Shown in pieces: positions 48,868-58,186 of a stretch of DNA of 64,000 bases; the stretch's first letter is position 1, and each line of letters begins with the position of its first letter. Source of the stretch: Bacillota bacterium (lineage in GTDB: Bacteria > Bacillota > Sulfobacillia > UBA8153); contig JBFLYN010000002.1 of the NCBI GenBank assembly GCA_040756655.1, positions 72,634 through 136,633 on the forward strand. Reading direction: 5' to 3'. Under the pieces are notes generated by a model that worked only from the letters and a program-made list of their open reading frames with translations, had not been told where the DNA came from and did no database searches. The translations under genes were made by a program, and so were the position numbers.

Positions 48868-49020
48868 CTTTCAGGCAGGTCTCCTGGCTTCGGATCATGG
48901 CCTGCGGGGGCCTTCCCGTCAGCTGACAGTGGCTCTGTCCCCTGGGCTTCCCGTTCACAGTGGCGGGACCGCGCCGGAATTCCACCGGACTTCCCTATTC
49001 TCCCTTGAGGGCACCTGAAA
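48868..49020 (-). ncRNA. Cobalamin (AdoCbl) riboswitch aptamer
   Basis: Minus-strand RNA has P1 UUUCAGG...CCUGAAA, GGUGCC...AAGGGA, GCGGUCCCGCCACUGU and a B12 box AGCCAGGAGACCUGCC at 48874..48889. It sits upstream of btuFCD. Confidence 0.85.
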
Positions 49021-49287
49021 GACTATGGAGTTATCATGTCCATTTTACTCCACCCGGGCGGTGGTGGCAAGACCAACCCGGGCGGCAGCAAGACCATTGG
49101 GTCAGAAAAACCCGGGCGTACCCGGCCTTGGGGTGTTGGGCTCGCTGTTGCACCCGCTCACGTTCAGGCCATCGGGCTCTCCTTACCTCCTCTTAACCCC
49201 AAGGGTAGGTGGAAACGCCGGGGAAAACACCACTCTATGATGGCTGACACCGACGTCTTCTGCCCCCATACTGGTACAGGCGTTTGG

Positions 49288-50661
49288 TTAGCACACCACT
49301 TCCACGTTGTTCTCGGCCACCGTCACCACGGTGCCATCTAAGAGCTCCACGTCCACGGTGTAGAGGCTGATCTCTGTTTCTAAACGCACGCGACTGCCCA
49401 ACACCGACACCACCCGGCCGTACTGGCCAAAGTGAGTAAGACGGGTGATCCTCACCATAGCCCCGGGCACCAGTTCTCCGCCAGCGCGCGCTACCTGGAC
49501 ATCCGCGTCAGGTAGGTCCGGGGAGATCCCTTCCCCCAGGGGGATGATGACCTCCGGCCGGACGGCTCCCGCCCGGATCTGGGTGCGGCCGTTAACCGAC
49601 GCGATGGCACCCTCGTAGGCGCATAAGAGGTTATAGGCACGCTGGGACATGGGCATGACTCCGAATCCCCCGGTGATTACCACGGTGAGGGGGAGCTCTT
49701 CTTGGCCGGTGAGCCCTACCATGACCTCCCGGCCCAAAAGCTTTACCACGTCCAGGTGGTTGATCCCGCCCGAGATGAGCCCGGTGGCCTTGACCTCCAG
49801 GGCGCGGTTCATAGCCTCCAAGGACGCCAGGGCCCCACCGAATACCACGCATCCCTCGTGAGACGGCAGGATATCCGCGGCTTCCAGGACCCGGTCGGGG
49901 CCGGCAACTCGCGCCAAGGGCCCATAAGCCTCGCCACCCAGGCCGAATAAGCCTTCGATATAGGCCGCGGCAGTAGAGACCTCGGCGCTGTCGCCCGGGT
50001 TGACTGCGGTTACCTCGCCCCTGATGTACGCATCTACCTCGGTGGGACGGGCGGGTCGCACAATGGTGATGGCGCCGGTGCGGGTGCAGATCTTCTCCAC
50101 CACTCCACTGACGGGAGCATACGCGCAGTCCCACCCCAGGGGCGACGGTGCCGCGGCCAGGATCTGGCCTTGCTTTACCTCGTCTCCCTCACGGCAGTGA
50201 GCGTAGGTCCTCAACATGCGCGGCCAAACGTCCAGCTGCTTGGCCGCCGAGACCACGACCACCGGCCGGGCAGAGCGCCCGTCCTCCCGGATGAGTACGC
50301 GACCGTGTAGCCGGGAGATGAACTCCACGACTCCCGTGACCGGCGACTTAACCACGACGACTTCACCCAGGAAACCCTTGGTGTAACGGGCAATGATGTC
50401 ACCACCAGTGACCTGGTCGCCCACCTGCACGGTCATGACCAGGTCCATGAGATCGGGCCCGGCCTTTTCCCTGGGCACCATGAGCGCCCGCATCACGTCC
50501 ACAAAGTAAGGGGCGCCGGGCAGCAGGTCGGTGCGGGCCACTATGGTCGAAGGTTCTACTGTCGAACCGGCACTGACCAGCACGTCACCGGGCAATGGCA
50601 ACCGGCGCTGTCTGCTGACCCGGGCCTTCTCCATGGTCCTTACCATGAGGTTCTCGGTCAA
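49288..50661 (-). CDS. Uncharacterised partner protein A1, translationally coupled to the MutL/GlmL-like ATPase. It has repeated barrel-sandwich (lipoyl/biotinyl-like) motifs and a KOW-like C-terminus.
   Basis: 457 aa with no recognised family. Motifs: VQVGDQVTGGDIIARY, CREGDEVKQGQILAAAP, GGFGVMPMSQRAYNLL...RTQIRAGAVRPEVIIPLG. It is a paralog of 59221..60333. The start abuts the upstream stop. Confidence 0.5.
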   Translation of the reverse strand: MTENLMVRTMEKARVSRQRRLPLPGDVLVSAGSTVEPSTIVARTDLLPGAPYFVDVMRALMVPREKAGPDLMDLVMTVQVGDQVTGGDIIARYTKGFLGEVVVVKSPVTGVVEFISRLHGRVLIREDGRSARPVVVVSAAKQLDVWPRMLRTYAHCREGDEVKQGQILAAAPSPLGWDCAYAPVSGVVEKICTRTGAITIVRPARPTEVDAYIRGEVTAVNPGDSAEVSTAAAYIEGLFGLGGEAYGPLARVAGPDRVLEAADILPSHEGCVVFGGALASLEAMNRALEVKATGLISGGINHLDVVKLLGREVMVGLTGQEELPLTVVITGGFGVMPMSQRAYNLLCAYEGAIASVNGRTQIRAGAVRPEVIIPLGEGISPDLPDADVQVARAGGELVPGAMVRITRLTHFGQYGRVVSVLGSRVRLETEISLYTVDVELLDGTVVTVAENNVEVVC

Positions 50662-52470
50662 CTAGACCACCTCCCGGCCGGCATACTTCCGGAGAGCGCT
50701 TTCAGGGTAGGCATGCATGGCCAGCCACCAGTCCACGAGAGCTCGCCGTCGTAGAGCTGGATCCTTAGGTAGCTCCAGCGGGCGACCCCGTCCGTCCAGG
50801 ATGAGCCCTACCTCTCCCCCGCTCACGTTGACTCTGAACGGCTGTTTGCGACCCCTCCCGGCGTCCCACCCGGAGCGAGGTATCACCTCTAGTTCCATCT
50901 CTTCCCCGGGTCCTAGCGGGACCAGCGCCATTTGACCAAAGACCAGATCCAGCTCCTGTCCGGGCATAGACACCCGGGCGATGGACTGACCCGGTCGCCC
51001 GGTGCCCGCCGGGGCCAACACCGTCCCCAGGGGAATGAGGCATTCCTGCCAAAGGGTGTCCAGCGCCTCCTTGGGCCTGAGGTCCAATAGCGCGCCAAGC
51101 TGGGGCAACATGAACACGCTGTCTACGAAAAGCCGGCACACTCCCACCGGAGCCAGAGCGTCCAGGAGCAAGAGAGCGGCCTGGGCCCGGCGCGGGGCGT
51201 GGGAAAGCACCCCTCCGGAGCCGATCACGGCACCCACTTCCCTCATGTCCACCAGGGGTTGCCCGGTGGACGTCTGGTCGAATACCCGGTCTGCCGTCCT
51301 CCTCTGGCGCACGCCCTTGAGCGTCACCGCCAGGGAGTTGTGATGCTCAAATGAGAGCCTGAGTGCATCCCGGGCCGCGGCGTGCTCCAGCAAAAGCTCG
51401 TCCATGGTCTCTGGCAAGGTCGTGGGCCTGATCACCTTGTTGGAATACCAGTTCCGCAAATCTCCCTCGGAGATGTAAAAGGGCAGCCAGGACTGCACCC
51501 GGTCCAGACTGGCTTCCTTCAGGACATTGCCCAGGCTGTAGCTCATGCCCAGGTTGGCGCTGACGGTGCGGTGGAACCGGCCACTGGCCACCGAAAACAC
51601 ATCGGTGGTGGCGCCCCCGATATCCAGGGCCACCACGTCCGTATCCAGGTACGCTGCAACCTGCTGCACCATCTTGCCCACGGCCATGGGAGTGGGCTGC
51701 AAGTGCCCGCCGGTCCAGTCCAGCAGGGTCTGGTAGCCCGGGGCCTGCGCCATGACATGCTCCAGGAAGACCCGGTGGATCTCTTCCCGGGCAGGCTGCA
51801 ACACCTCTTTTTCCAGGGTGGGCCTGATGTTCTCCACAAAAGAAAGCAGCATGCAGTCTCCCAGGGTGGAGGCGACAAATTCCCGGGCGTGCACGTTTCC
51901 GGCATAGATTACCGGCAGCCGAAAACCGCTGCCGAACCTTGGTTCAGGACTGGCAGCAGCTAGGTATTCGGCCACGGCACCGACGTGACTGGGCAGGCCT
52001 TCGTCGGTTCCTCCCGTAAAGAGGATCATGTCGGGCCGCAGTTCTCGTACCCTCTGGATGCGCTCCACCACCAGGCGGGCATCATCCATGGAGATCACGT
52101 CCATGACGATGGCCCCGGCTCCGAGTGCCGCCCGCTGGGCACTTTCGGCGGTCAAGTTCCGGACTAGCCCGGTAACTAGCATCTGCAGGCCGCCTCCGGC
52201 CGACGATGTGGCCAAAAAGAGGTCGGCGCCCCGGGATGACGTGCCCGGCACCACGAGGCGGTCTCCATCCAGGAGTGGGCGACCGGTCTCGTTGGCAAGC
52301 CTGCTCATGGCGTTTTTCAGCCCGATCATCACGTCCAGAAAGGGTTTTTCCACGGTGGTTGGCGCCGCCGCGCGCCCGCGCAGCCGGTACCCCTGGCCAT
52401 GGTACTCCAGCAGGATGGCTTTGGTCGTAGTGCTCCCCACATCAGCGGCAAGGATCGTCCTGATCTCCAC
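50662..52470 (-). CDS. MutL/GlmL-family protein A2 (ASKHA-fold ATPase, hydantoinase-A-like; the family of the glutamate mutase component L), long 602-aa form
   Basis: The N-terminal phosphate-1 motif ILAADVGSTTTKAIL, VALDIGGATTDVFSV and VIGSGGVLSHAP are present. It is ~140 aa longer than canonical GlmL and is a paralog of 60336..62153. Confidence 0.7.
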   Translation of the reverse strand: MEIRTILAADVGSTTTKAILLEYHGQGYRLRGRAAAPTTVEKPFLDVMIGLKNAMSRLANETGRPLLDGDRLVVPGTSSRGADLFLATSSAGGGLQMLVTGLVRNLTAESAQRAALGAGAIVMDVISMDDARLVVERIQRVRELRPDMILFTGGTDEGLPSHVGAVAEYLAAASPEPRFGSGFRLPVIYAGNVHAREFVASTLGDCMLLSFVENIRPTLEKEVLQPAREEIHRVFLEHVMAQAPGYQTLLDWTGGHLQPTPMAVGKMVQQVAAYLDTDVVALDIGGATTDVFSVASGRFHRTVSANLGMSYSLGNVLKEASLDRVQSWLPFYISEGDLRNWYSNKVIRPTTLPETMDELLLEHAAARDALRLSFEHHNSLAVTLKGVRQRRTADRVFDQTSTGQPLVDMREVGAVIGSGGVLSHAPRRAQAALLLLDALAPVGVCRLFVDSVFMLPQLGALLDLRPKEALDTLWQECLIPLGTVLAPAGTGRPGQSIARVSMPGQELDLVFGQMALVPLGPGEEMELEVIPRSGWDAGRGRKQPFRVNVSGGEVGLILDGRGRPLELPKDPALRRRALVDWWLAMHAYPESALRKYAGREVV

Positions 52471-52488
52471 AGTCCCTCTCCTTCCGTC

Positions 52489-53745
52489 CTAGAATCCACC
52501 GCAGCGCCCGCACTGGGCGCAAGAGGGGTTGGGGTTGAGGTAGACCCGGCGGTTGTAAAGGAGCTGGTCCACGGTGGCCCGCCGGGTCAAGGTGACCGGG
52601 ATCCAGCTGCCCAGGACCAGCGCTCCAGCGGCCAGCCATGCCGACGCTGCCAGGGCCCCCACTTCCAGACGCAGGGCGGGCTCATTGTAACGGTTGATAC
52701 CCCAGATCAAGCCGGACGCCAGGACCCAACCACCAAACATCCCAAGAAACGACATGAACCCGGCCTCCGCCACCAAAAGAAGACCCAGCTCGGAAGATTC
52801 CAGTCCAAGTGCTTTGAGCGTCCCCAGGTACCGCTTTCTCCTAAGGAAAGAGAACAACATGAGGTTGAAGAGCCCGGCAGCTGCAAGCGTCACCACCAGC
52901 CCCATGACGGCCCTTACCGGCGATAGCGACCGGCGGGTCAAGCTCCTGGCCAGTTCCTGCGGTGTGTCGCGGGTGATAACCACCCCTTGGGCGAAGAGCC
53001 CGCCCAGCTTGGCGACGGCAGAGCGCAGCGTGTACCCCGGACCCAGCCAGCCTACGACTCCCCCGTGCACGGCCTCACCGAGAAGGGCCAGGGCGTCCAG
53101 GCTTACCAGGGGGCCAGATACTGGCGCCCCCGGAGAATGGTACAGGCCGGTGACCAGCACCCGGACTTCGTGCCACCCGGCCTGGCCCGGCACGCCCAGG
53201 GTAGTCACCATCCCGGGTATCATACCCCCGGCAGTATCCGGGAACACGGCGTGTCCGTGTACTCCGCCGGGCGGGCGGCCCACCGGCCAGCGGCCGCTCG
53301 TCAGGGAAAGCCCAGCCACCAGCCGGGAGTCAAAGCGCAGGCCCAGGGCGGTGTAGCGTCCGGAGGCCGTGTACACTTCCGCCACAGCCACCGGTTCCCA
53401 GTAGTCGATTTCCACCACCCGGAAGACCCGCCGGTCTATGTCGGCGGGCAGGGGCCCGGGCGCATAGGCCAGGAGGTCAGCCGGGAGGCCGAGGGGCAGG
53501 ACCTGGGCGGCCGCCTGCCGGGAGGCAGTAGCCCCCACCGCCGTGAGCAGGATATAAGCAGCCACGGCCACGCTCACCACCACGGCCAACAACGCGCTTT
53601 GCAGGCGGTGCCTGGCCACGTGACGGCGGGCCAACGGACACACCAGGCGTAGGGAAGCCCCTAGCTGTCGGCATAAGTTCCGTCTCCACAAGGCGCCAGA
53701 CTGACGGGAAAGCCACTGGCCCGCAGCAGTGGCCCAGCCCATCAT
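52489..53745 (-). CDS. MacB/FtsX-type ABC transporter permease (4 TM with a large extracytoplasmic loop) carrying a C-terminal Cys cluster
   Basis: C-terminal FtsX domain (LKALGLESSELGLLLVAEAGFMSF...). The tail is NPNPSCAQCGRCGGF. The N-terminal start is uncertain. Confidence 0.7.
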   Translation of the reverse strand: MMGWATAAGQWLSRQSGALWRRNLCRQLGASLRLVCPLARRHVARHRLQSALLAVVVSVAVAAYILLTAVGATASRQAAAQVLPLGLPADLLAYAPGPLPADIDRRVFRVVEIDYWEPVAVAEVYTASGRYTALGLRFDSRLVAGLSLTSGRWPVGRPPGGVHGHAVFPDTAGGMIPGMVTTLGVPGQAGWHEVRVLVTGLYHSPGAPVSGPLVSLDALALLGEAVHGGVVGWLGPGYTLRSAVAKLGGLFAQGVVITRDTPQELARSLTRRSLSPVRAVMGLVVTLAAAGLFNLMLFSFLRRKRYLGTLKALGLESSELGLLLVAEAGFMSFLGMFGGWVLASGLIWGINRYNEPALRLEVGALAASAWLAAGALVLGSWIPVTLTRRATVDQLLYNRRVYLNPNPSCAQCGRCGGF

Positions 53746-54446
53746 GGCTTCATCACCCCGGCCCGTTCCTCAACGCGCACCACCGTCCCGTCCAGCATGT
53801 GCACGACCTTGGTAGCATATTCCACGAAAGCCTGGTCATGGGAGGCGATCACGAAGGTCTGGCCGTGCCGGGAGTTGAACCGGGCGAATAGGTCCATAAC
53901 CTGACAGCCGCTTTGGGAGTCCAGGTTACCCGTGGGCTCATCAGCCAGCACCACAGCCGGGCGGTTGGCCAGCGCCCGGGCCACGGCCACTCGCTGCTGC
54001 TCGCCGCCGGACAGCTCATGGGGGGAGTGGGCGGCCCGATCGACCATGCCCACTTCGTCCAGGAGCTCCAGGGTACGGCGGGCCACTTCCCGGTCGTCAA
54101 CACCCGTGATGCGCATGGGCAAGGCGACGTTCTCCGCAGCAGTCAGGTCAGGGAGCAGGTTGAAAAACTGGAAGACAAACCCCACATGGGTCCTGCGCAT
54201 CCGGGCCAGCTGGTTTTCCGAAAGACGGCTAAACTTCCGGTTCTGCAGTATGACCTCCCCGTGGGTGGGGCGATCCAGCCCGCCCAGGAGGTTGAGCAAA
54301 GTGGTCTTGCCACATCCGGACGGGCCCATGATCACCACGAACTCGCCCGGCATCACCAACAGCCGGACGTCCTTAACCGCGTCCACCCCATCGCCCACCA
54401 AGAAACGCTTATGTAGCTCATTGCACCTGAGGATAGGTTCACTCAT
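53742..54446 (-). CDS. ABC transporter ATP-binding protein (LolD/MacB-ATPase type)
   Basis: 234 aa. GPSGCGKTT, LSGGEQQRVAVARAL and VLADEPTGNLD motifs are present. Confidence 0.85.
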   Translation of the reverse strand: MSEPILRCNELHKRFLVGDGVDAVKDVRLLVMPGEFVVIMGPSGCGKTTLLNLLGGLDRPTHGEVILQNRKFSRLSENQLARMRRTHVGFVFQFFNLLPDLTAAENVALPMRITGVDDREVARRTLELLDEVGMVDRAAHSPHELSGGEQQRVAVARALANRPAVVLADEPTGNLDSQSGCQVMDLFARFNSRHGQTFVIASHDQAFVEYATKVVHMLDGTVVRVEERAGVMKP

Positions 54447-55824
54447 GACGTAGCACCTCCCGGGCTGTGGAACCGGAAGCTAGAACCGCTGGAATTACCC
54501 CAGCAGCCAGGGCCGTCACTGTGCTCAGGCCCGTGACCAGGCCCGCTGTATAGAGAGTGCTCAGGCCGGCCCGGGCCAAGGTCACGTCCGAGGCCAGGTA
54601 TACCAGGACGTAGAAAGCGCGCACCAGGGCAAACCCCATAATAGAGCCGAGGGTGGCAAGTACCACGGTCTCTCCCAGCACCATGAGGATGATCTCACCG
54701 CCTGATGCCCCGATGGCCTTGAGGATGCCGATTTCCCGCCTGCGCTGGGTGACCAGGATGAGCATGTTGGTAGTCACCAGCATACCAGCCAAGGCAAAAG
54801 AAAGGTAGATGAAGGCCCGGGTGGCATCCCGGGTCACCGGCATTTGCCCGGTGTGGCTCCACGATGCCTGGACCAGCTGGGGGACCGTCAGCACCCGTGC
54901 CCAGGGCAGTTCCGCCTGCAGGCTGGCGGCTACATCCCGGGCCAGGAACATACTCCGCACCCTGACCCCCAGCTGGCGGACGTACCGGAAGCCTCCGGTT
55001 CCGCCCACGGAGGCAAAGATCCTCTCCAGGGTAGCGGCGGGCACGAAAATCTGCTCAGAATGGAGATACCTAGGCTCCTCCAGCGAGTCCATGTCAAGCC
55101 CCCGGGCAAGGAGGTCCGTGGCGCTGGCCACAAACTCGTAGGTCCCCCTGACTTCAAGGGTGAAGTGATGGCGCCGGGTGTAATCGTACACAGTTCCCCC
55201 GGGGCCGTGAGCCACCACGCTGGGAACCTCCACAACCAGGGCTGTGACCCGGCTAAGGTCAGGCCAACCCGGGGGAATCTCGCGGTTGACCAGGCAGACC
55301 ATGGCACCATCGTCATCCGGGGTCAGAGCGTGAAGGTTCCAGGCAGCCGCATCCACAAGGGTGTGGCGTCCCCGCAGCACCGCCGGAACCAGGGCGGTAG
55401 TTCCCGGCACTATGAAGAAAGCAGGCATGGCCAGGAAGGGTTCTACAGCGATGACCTCCGGGTGCTCTAACCCACCCGGCAGATGGTGGAGGTCCATGGT
55501 GCGCACGTCTGCAGGAGCCAGGTACCCCTGGTGGGAGAAGGCGGGGAAGAACGTGAGCAAGTCGCTTTCATGGCCTTCTAGTCCCATCATCCAAGAAAGC
55601 TCTTCTCCACTGCTTGGGCCGGGGAGGACAGCCGGCTCGGTGAAGATGAGGATGTCGGCTCCAACCAGCCGCCGGTGCTCCCAGAAAGCTTCTCGCGGAT
55701 AGCCGCTTTCCATGGAAACACTCCCGGTCAGTATAGCCGCAGCCACGGCCATCCCTACCAGGGCCAGCAGGCTCCGGTTGAGGTTGCGACGGGCATTGCT
55801 CAGCGCCATCCTGAGAAACAGCAT
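54439..55824 (-). CDS. MacB/FtsX-type ABC transporter permease
   Basis: 461 aa. N-terminal TM, a ~280-aa extracytoplasmic domain, then a C-terminal FtsX 3-TM bundle (ILKAIGASGGEIILMVLGETVVLA). Confidence 0.7.
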   Translation of the reverse strand: MLFLRMALSNARRNLNRSLLALVGMAVAAAILTGSVSMESGYPREAFWEHRRLVGADILIFTEPAVLPGPSSGEELSWMMGLEGHESDLLTFFPAFSHQGYLAPADVRTMDLHHLPGGLEHPEVIAVEPFLAMPAFFIVPGTTALVPAVLRGRHTLVDAAAWNLHALTPDDDGAMVCLVNREIPPGWPDLSRVTALVVEVPSVVAHGPGGTVYDYTRRHHFTLEVRGTYEFVASATDLLARGLDMDSLEEPRYLHSEQIFVPAATLERIFASVGGTGGFRYVRQLGVRVRSMFLARDVAASLQAELPWARVLTVPQLVQASWSHTGQMPVTRDATRAFIYLSFALAGMLVTTNMLILVTQRRREIGILKAIGASGGEIILMVLGETVVLATLGSIMGFALVRAFYVLVYLASDVTLARAGLSTLYTAGLVTGLSTVTALAAGVIPAVLASGSTAREVLRHE

Positions 55825-55889
55825 CTTCTTCCCCCATTTCCACCAGCCGGAAGCGGAGTTCCGGGGCTTTATGGGTTTGGCTGGGTATT

Positions 55890-56576
55890 CTAGGCGGGCA
55901 GGCTGTCCACCAGCCTCCCGTCCAGCATGCGGACAACGCGCTTGGCGTAGGGGTGGAAGGCTTCGTTGTGGGACACAACCACGAAGGTCTGTCCCAGGGT
56001 GCAGTTGAAATTGGCGAAAAGCCGGGCGATCTCCTGCGCGTTACGAGAATCCAGGTTTCCCGTGGGTTCGTCAGCCAACACCACCCGGGGTTGATTGGCC
56101 AATGCCCGGGCTATGGCCACCCGCTGCTGTTCGCCACCGGAAAGCTGCAGCGGCCTGTGATGCATCCGGTCACCTAACCCCACCATCTCCAAAAGCTCCT
56201 GGGCCCGCCGTTCCATCTGGCGCCGGGAAAACCCGGAAAAGCGCAGCGGCAGGCTGACGTTTTCCGTGGCAGTAAGGTGAGGTATCAGGTTGAAAAACTG
56301 GAATACAAAGCCGACCTTGGCCCTTCTCAGCATGGCCAGGCCACTTTCACTAAGACGGCTGAACCGGTGACCGTCCAAGACCACCTCGCCGCTGGTCGGG
56401 CGGTCCAGCCCTCCTAGGAGACTGAGGAGCGTGCTCTTGCCGCTACCAGACGGGCCCGTCAACACCACGAAGTCACCGCCATCCACATCCAAGCTGACGT
56501 CGTGTACCGCTTGGACGGTCTGGCCCAAGAAAAAGGTCTTGGTCAGCTCAAAGGCACTGAGAATGGGCTCGTTCAT
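55890..56576 (-). CDS. ABC transporter ATP-binding protein (LolD/MacB-ATPase type)
   Basis: Start MNEPILSAFELTKTF. GPSGSGKST, LSGGEQQRVAIARAL and VLADEPTGNLD motifs are present. Confidence 0.85.
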   Translation of the reverse strand: MNEPILSAFELTKTFFLGQTVQAVHDVSLDVDGGDFVVLTGPSGSGKSTLLSLLGGLDRPTSGEVVLDGHRFSRLSESGLAMLRRAKVGFVFQFFNLIPHLTATENVSLPLRFSGFSRRQMERRAQELLEMVGLGDRMHHRPLQLSGGEQQRVAIARALANQPRVVLADEPTGNLDSRNAQEIARLFANFNCTLGQTFVVVSHNEAFHPYAKRVVRMLDGRLVDSLPA

Positions 56577-56602
56577 GGTATTCCTCCTGCCCAAAACAGT
56601 TT

Positions 56603-58186
56603 TCAACTGGAATTCTGGCGGTACCTCCTGGGAGTTACACCCTCGGATTTCTTGAACACCCGGCAGAAATAGTTAAGGTCTCGGTATCCCACCTGGCGGG
56701 ATATGGCCGTTACAGATAGCTGAGTGGTGGCAAGGAGTTGTTTGGCACGAGCTATGCGGATGGAAGTCAGCTTCTCCACAAATGTATGGCCGGTCTCGTC
56801 TTTGAAAATGTGGCTAAAGTAGTAAGGGCTCAAGTGGACCACGGAGGCGATTTCCTCAAGGGTGATGTCACGCGCATATTCCCGCTCAAGATACCGCAGG
56901 GCTTTTTTGACCAAGAGCAGGTTACGGGCATTGCGGTTCTTCTTCACCGACCCGGCCAGGGCCTGGGCACCTTGGGTTAGCAGTTCGCCTGCGTAGGCTG
57001 GGTCGCCCGCCTCCAGGCCCGCCTCGACAGCACGTGCCCGGTGCAGGTCAACAGCCTCCTTGTCTGCACCGCCATCGCTTCCGGCCTTGACCATGGCCAG
57101 GAGCAGCTGGAGTACTGCCAGTTTCGCCACGGTATGTCCTGAAGACAACAGCCGGACCACCCCAGGCTGAAGGGACTCGGATACCTCCTGGGCCCGTTCT
57201 GGGTCTCCCAGCCTGATGGTGCGTAAAAGCTCCTCCACGGCCTCAGCTGGCAGCGTTTCGGCATCGTCATCTACTTCGATGTCATCCACGTGCAACACCT
57301 GGCGCGGAGGGCAATAAGACCGGGCTCTCACGGCTTCTCGGTATGCGCCGGACAGGTCTGGAGGATGACGGCTGATCCGGCCCGTCCCGGCGTTCACCTC
57401 AAACCCCCGGGCCCGCATGCCTTGGACCAGTCTCGTCCCCAAGTCCAGCAGGTACTTGCGACCCCGGGCGGGATCCGCATCGGGCACCACTACCACCACC
57501 GCCACGCTGCCGCCGCCGGCGTGAGCGGCCAAGGCAACCCCTTGGGGCAGGAGCTCCCGCACTGCCTCCAAGGCCTGCTGGCGCCCGAGCTGGCGTTCTG
57601 CCTCAGTGCCCGGGAGGGTCTCGGTCCTTCCCACGGACAGGACGGCCGAAGGGATGCCGGCAAGGCCCAGGAAATGAGCGCGGTCCCGGGCGGCGGCCAT
57701 ATCCAGGCTCTGGCCGCTGATGAGTTCGGACACATACTCCATGCCGATGATGGGCAGGGCTGTTTCCAGTTGCCTTCGCAATTCCAGTTCCCGCTGGCGC
57801 CTGGCGTCGTCCCGGATTATGGCCGCCAGGGCATCCCGGAGAGCAGCTACCAGTTCGGACGGGTGCACCGGCTTGAGCAAGTAGTCTACCGCACCCAGCT
57901 TGACAGCTTCCTGGGCAAAGCGAAACTCATCGTAGGCCGTGAGGATGATGACCTTGACTTCCGGGCGTGCCGCCAGGATCCGCCGGGAAGCCTCCAAACC
58001 GTTGAGGACCGGCATGTTCAAGTCCATAATGACCACGGCCACGTCCTGCTCCAGAACGCTTTCCACCGCCTCGGCACCGTTGCCTGCTTCCAGGATCTCT
58101 AGCTCTTCCCCCAGGTGCAACTGGACTGTACGGGCCAAGAGCAGTCGCTGCAGGGCTTCATCGTCAACGAGCAGCACTTTTCTCAT
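56603..58186 (-). CDS. Response regulator, CheY receiver plus AraC-type HTH (YesN-like)
   Basis: Receiver domain with the phosphoacceptor in VVIMDLNMP. The C-terminal AraC HTH is ...YFSHIFKDETGHTFVEKLTSIRIARAKQLL. Confidence 0.85.
   Translation of the reverse strand: MRKVLLVDDEALQRLLLARTVQLHLGEELEILEAGNGAEAVESVLEQDVAVVIMDLNMPVLNGLEASRRILAARPEVKVIILTAYDEFRFAQEAVKLGAVDYLLKPVHPSELVAALRDALAAIIRDDARRQRELELRRQLETALPIIGMEYVSELISGQSLDMAAARDRAHFLGLAGIPSAVLSVGRTETLPGTEAERQLGRQQALEAVRELLPQGVALAAHAGGGSVAVVVVVPDADPARGRKYLLDLGTRLVQGMRARGFEVNAGTGRISRHPPDLSGAYREAVRARSYCPPRQVLHVDDIEVDDDAETLPAEAVEELLRTIRLGDPERAQEVSESLQPGVVRLLSSGHTVAKLAVLQLLLAMVKAGSDGGADKEAVDLHRARAVEAGLEAGDPAYAGELLTQGAQALAGSVKKNRNARNLLLVKKALRYLEREYARDITLEEIASVVHLSPYYFSHIFKDETGHTFVEKLTSIRIARAKQLLATTQLSVTAISRQVGYRDLNYFCRVFKKSEGVTPRRYRQNSS

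Noticed and set aside
52489-56606. Interpreting the two ABC pairs as BceAB-type antimicrobial-peptide detox transporters
   Set aside because: The permeases are single-FtsX 4-TM (MacB/LolC-like), not 10-TM BceB. The kinase is soluble rather than intramembrane-sensing BceS-like. The regulator is AraC-type, not OmpR-type.
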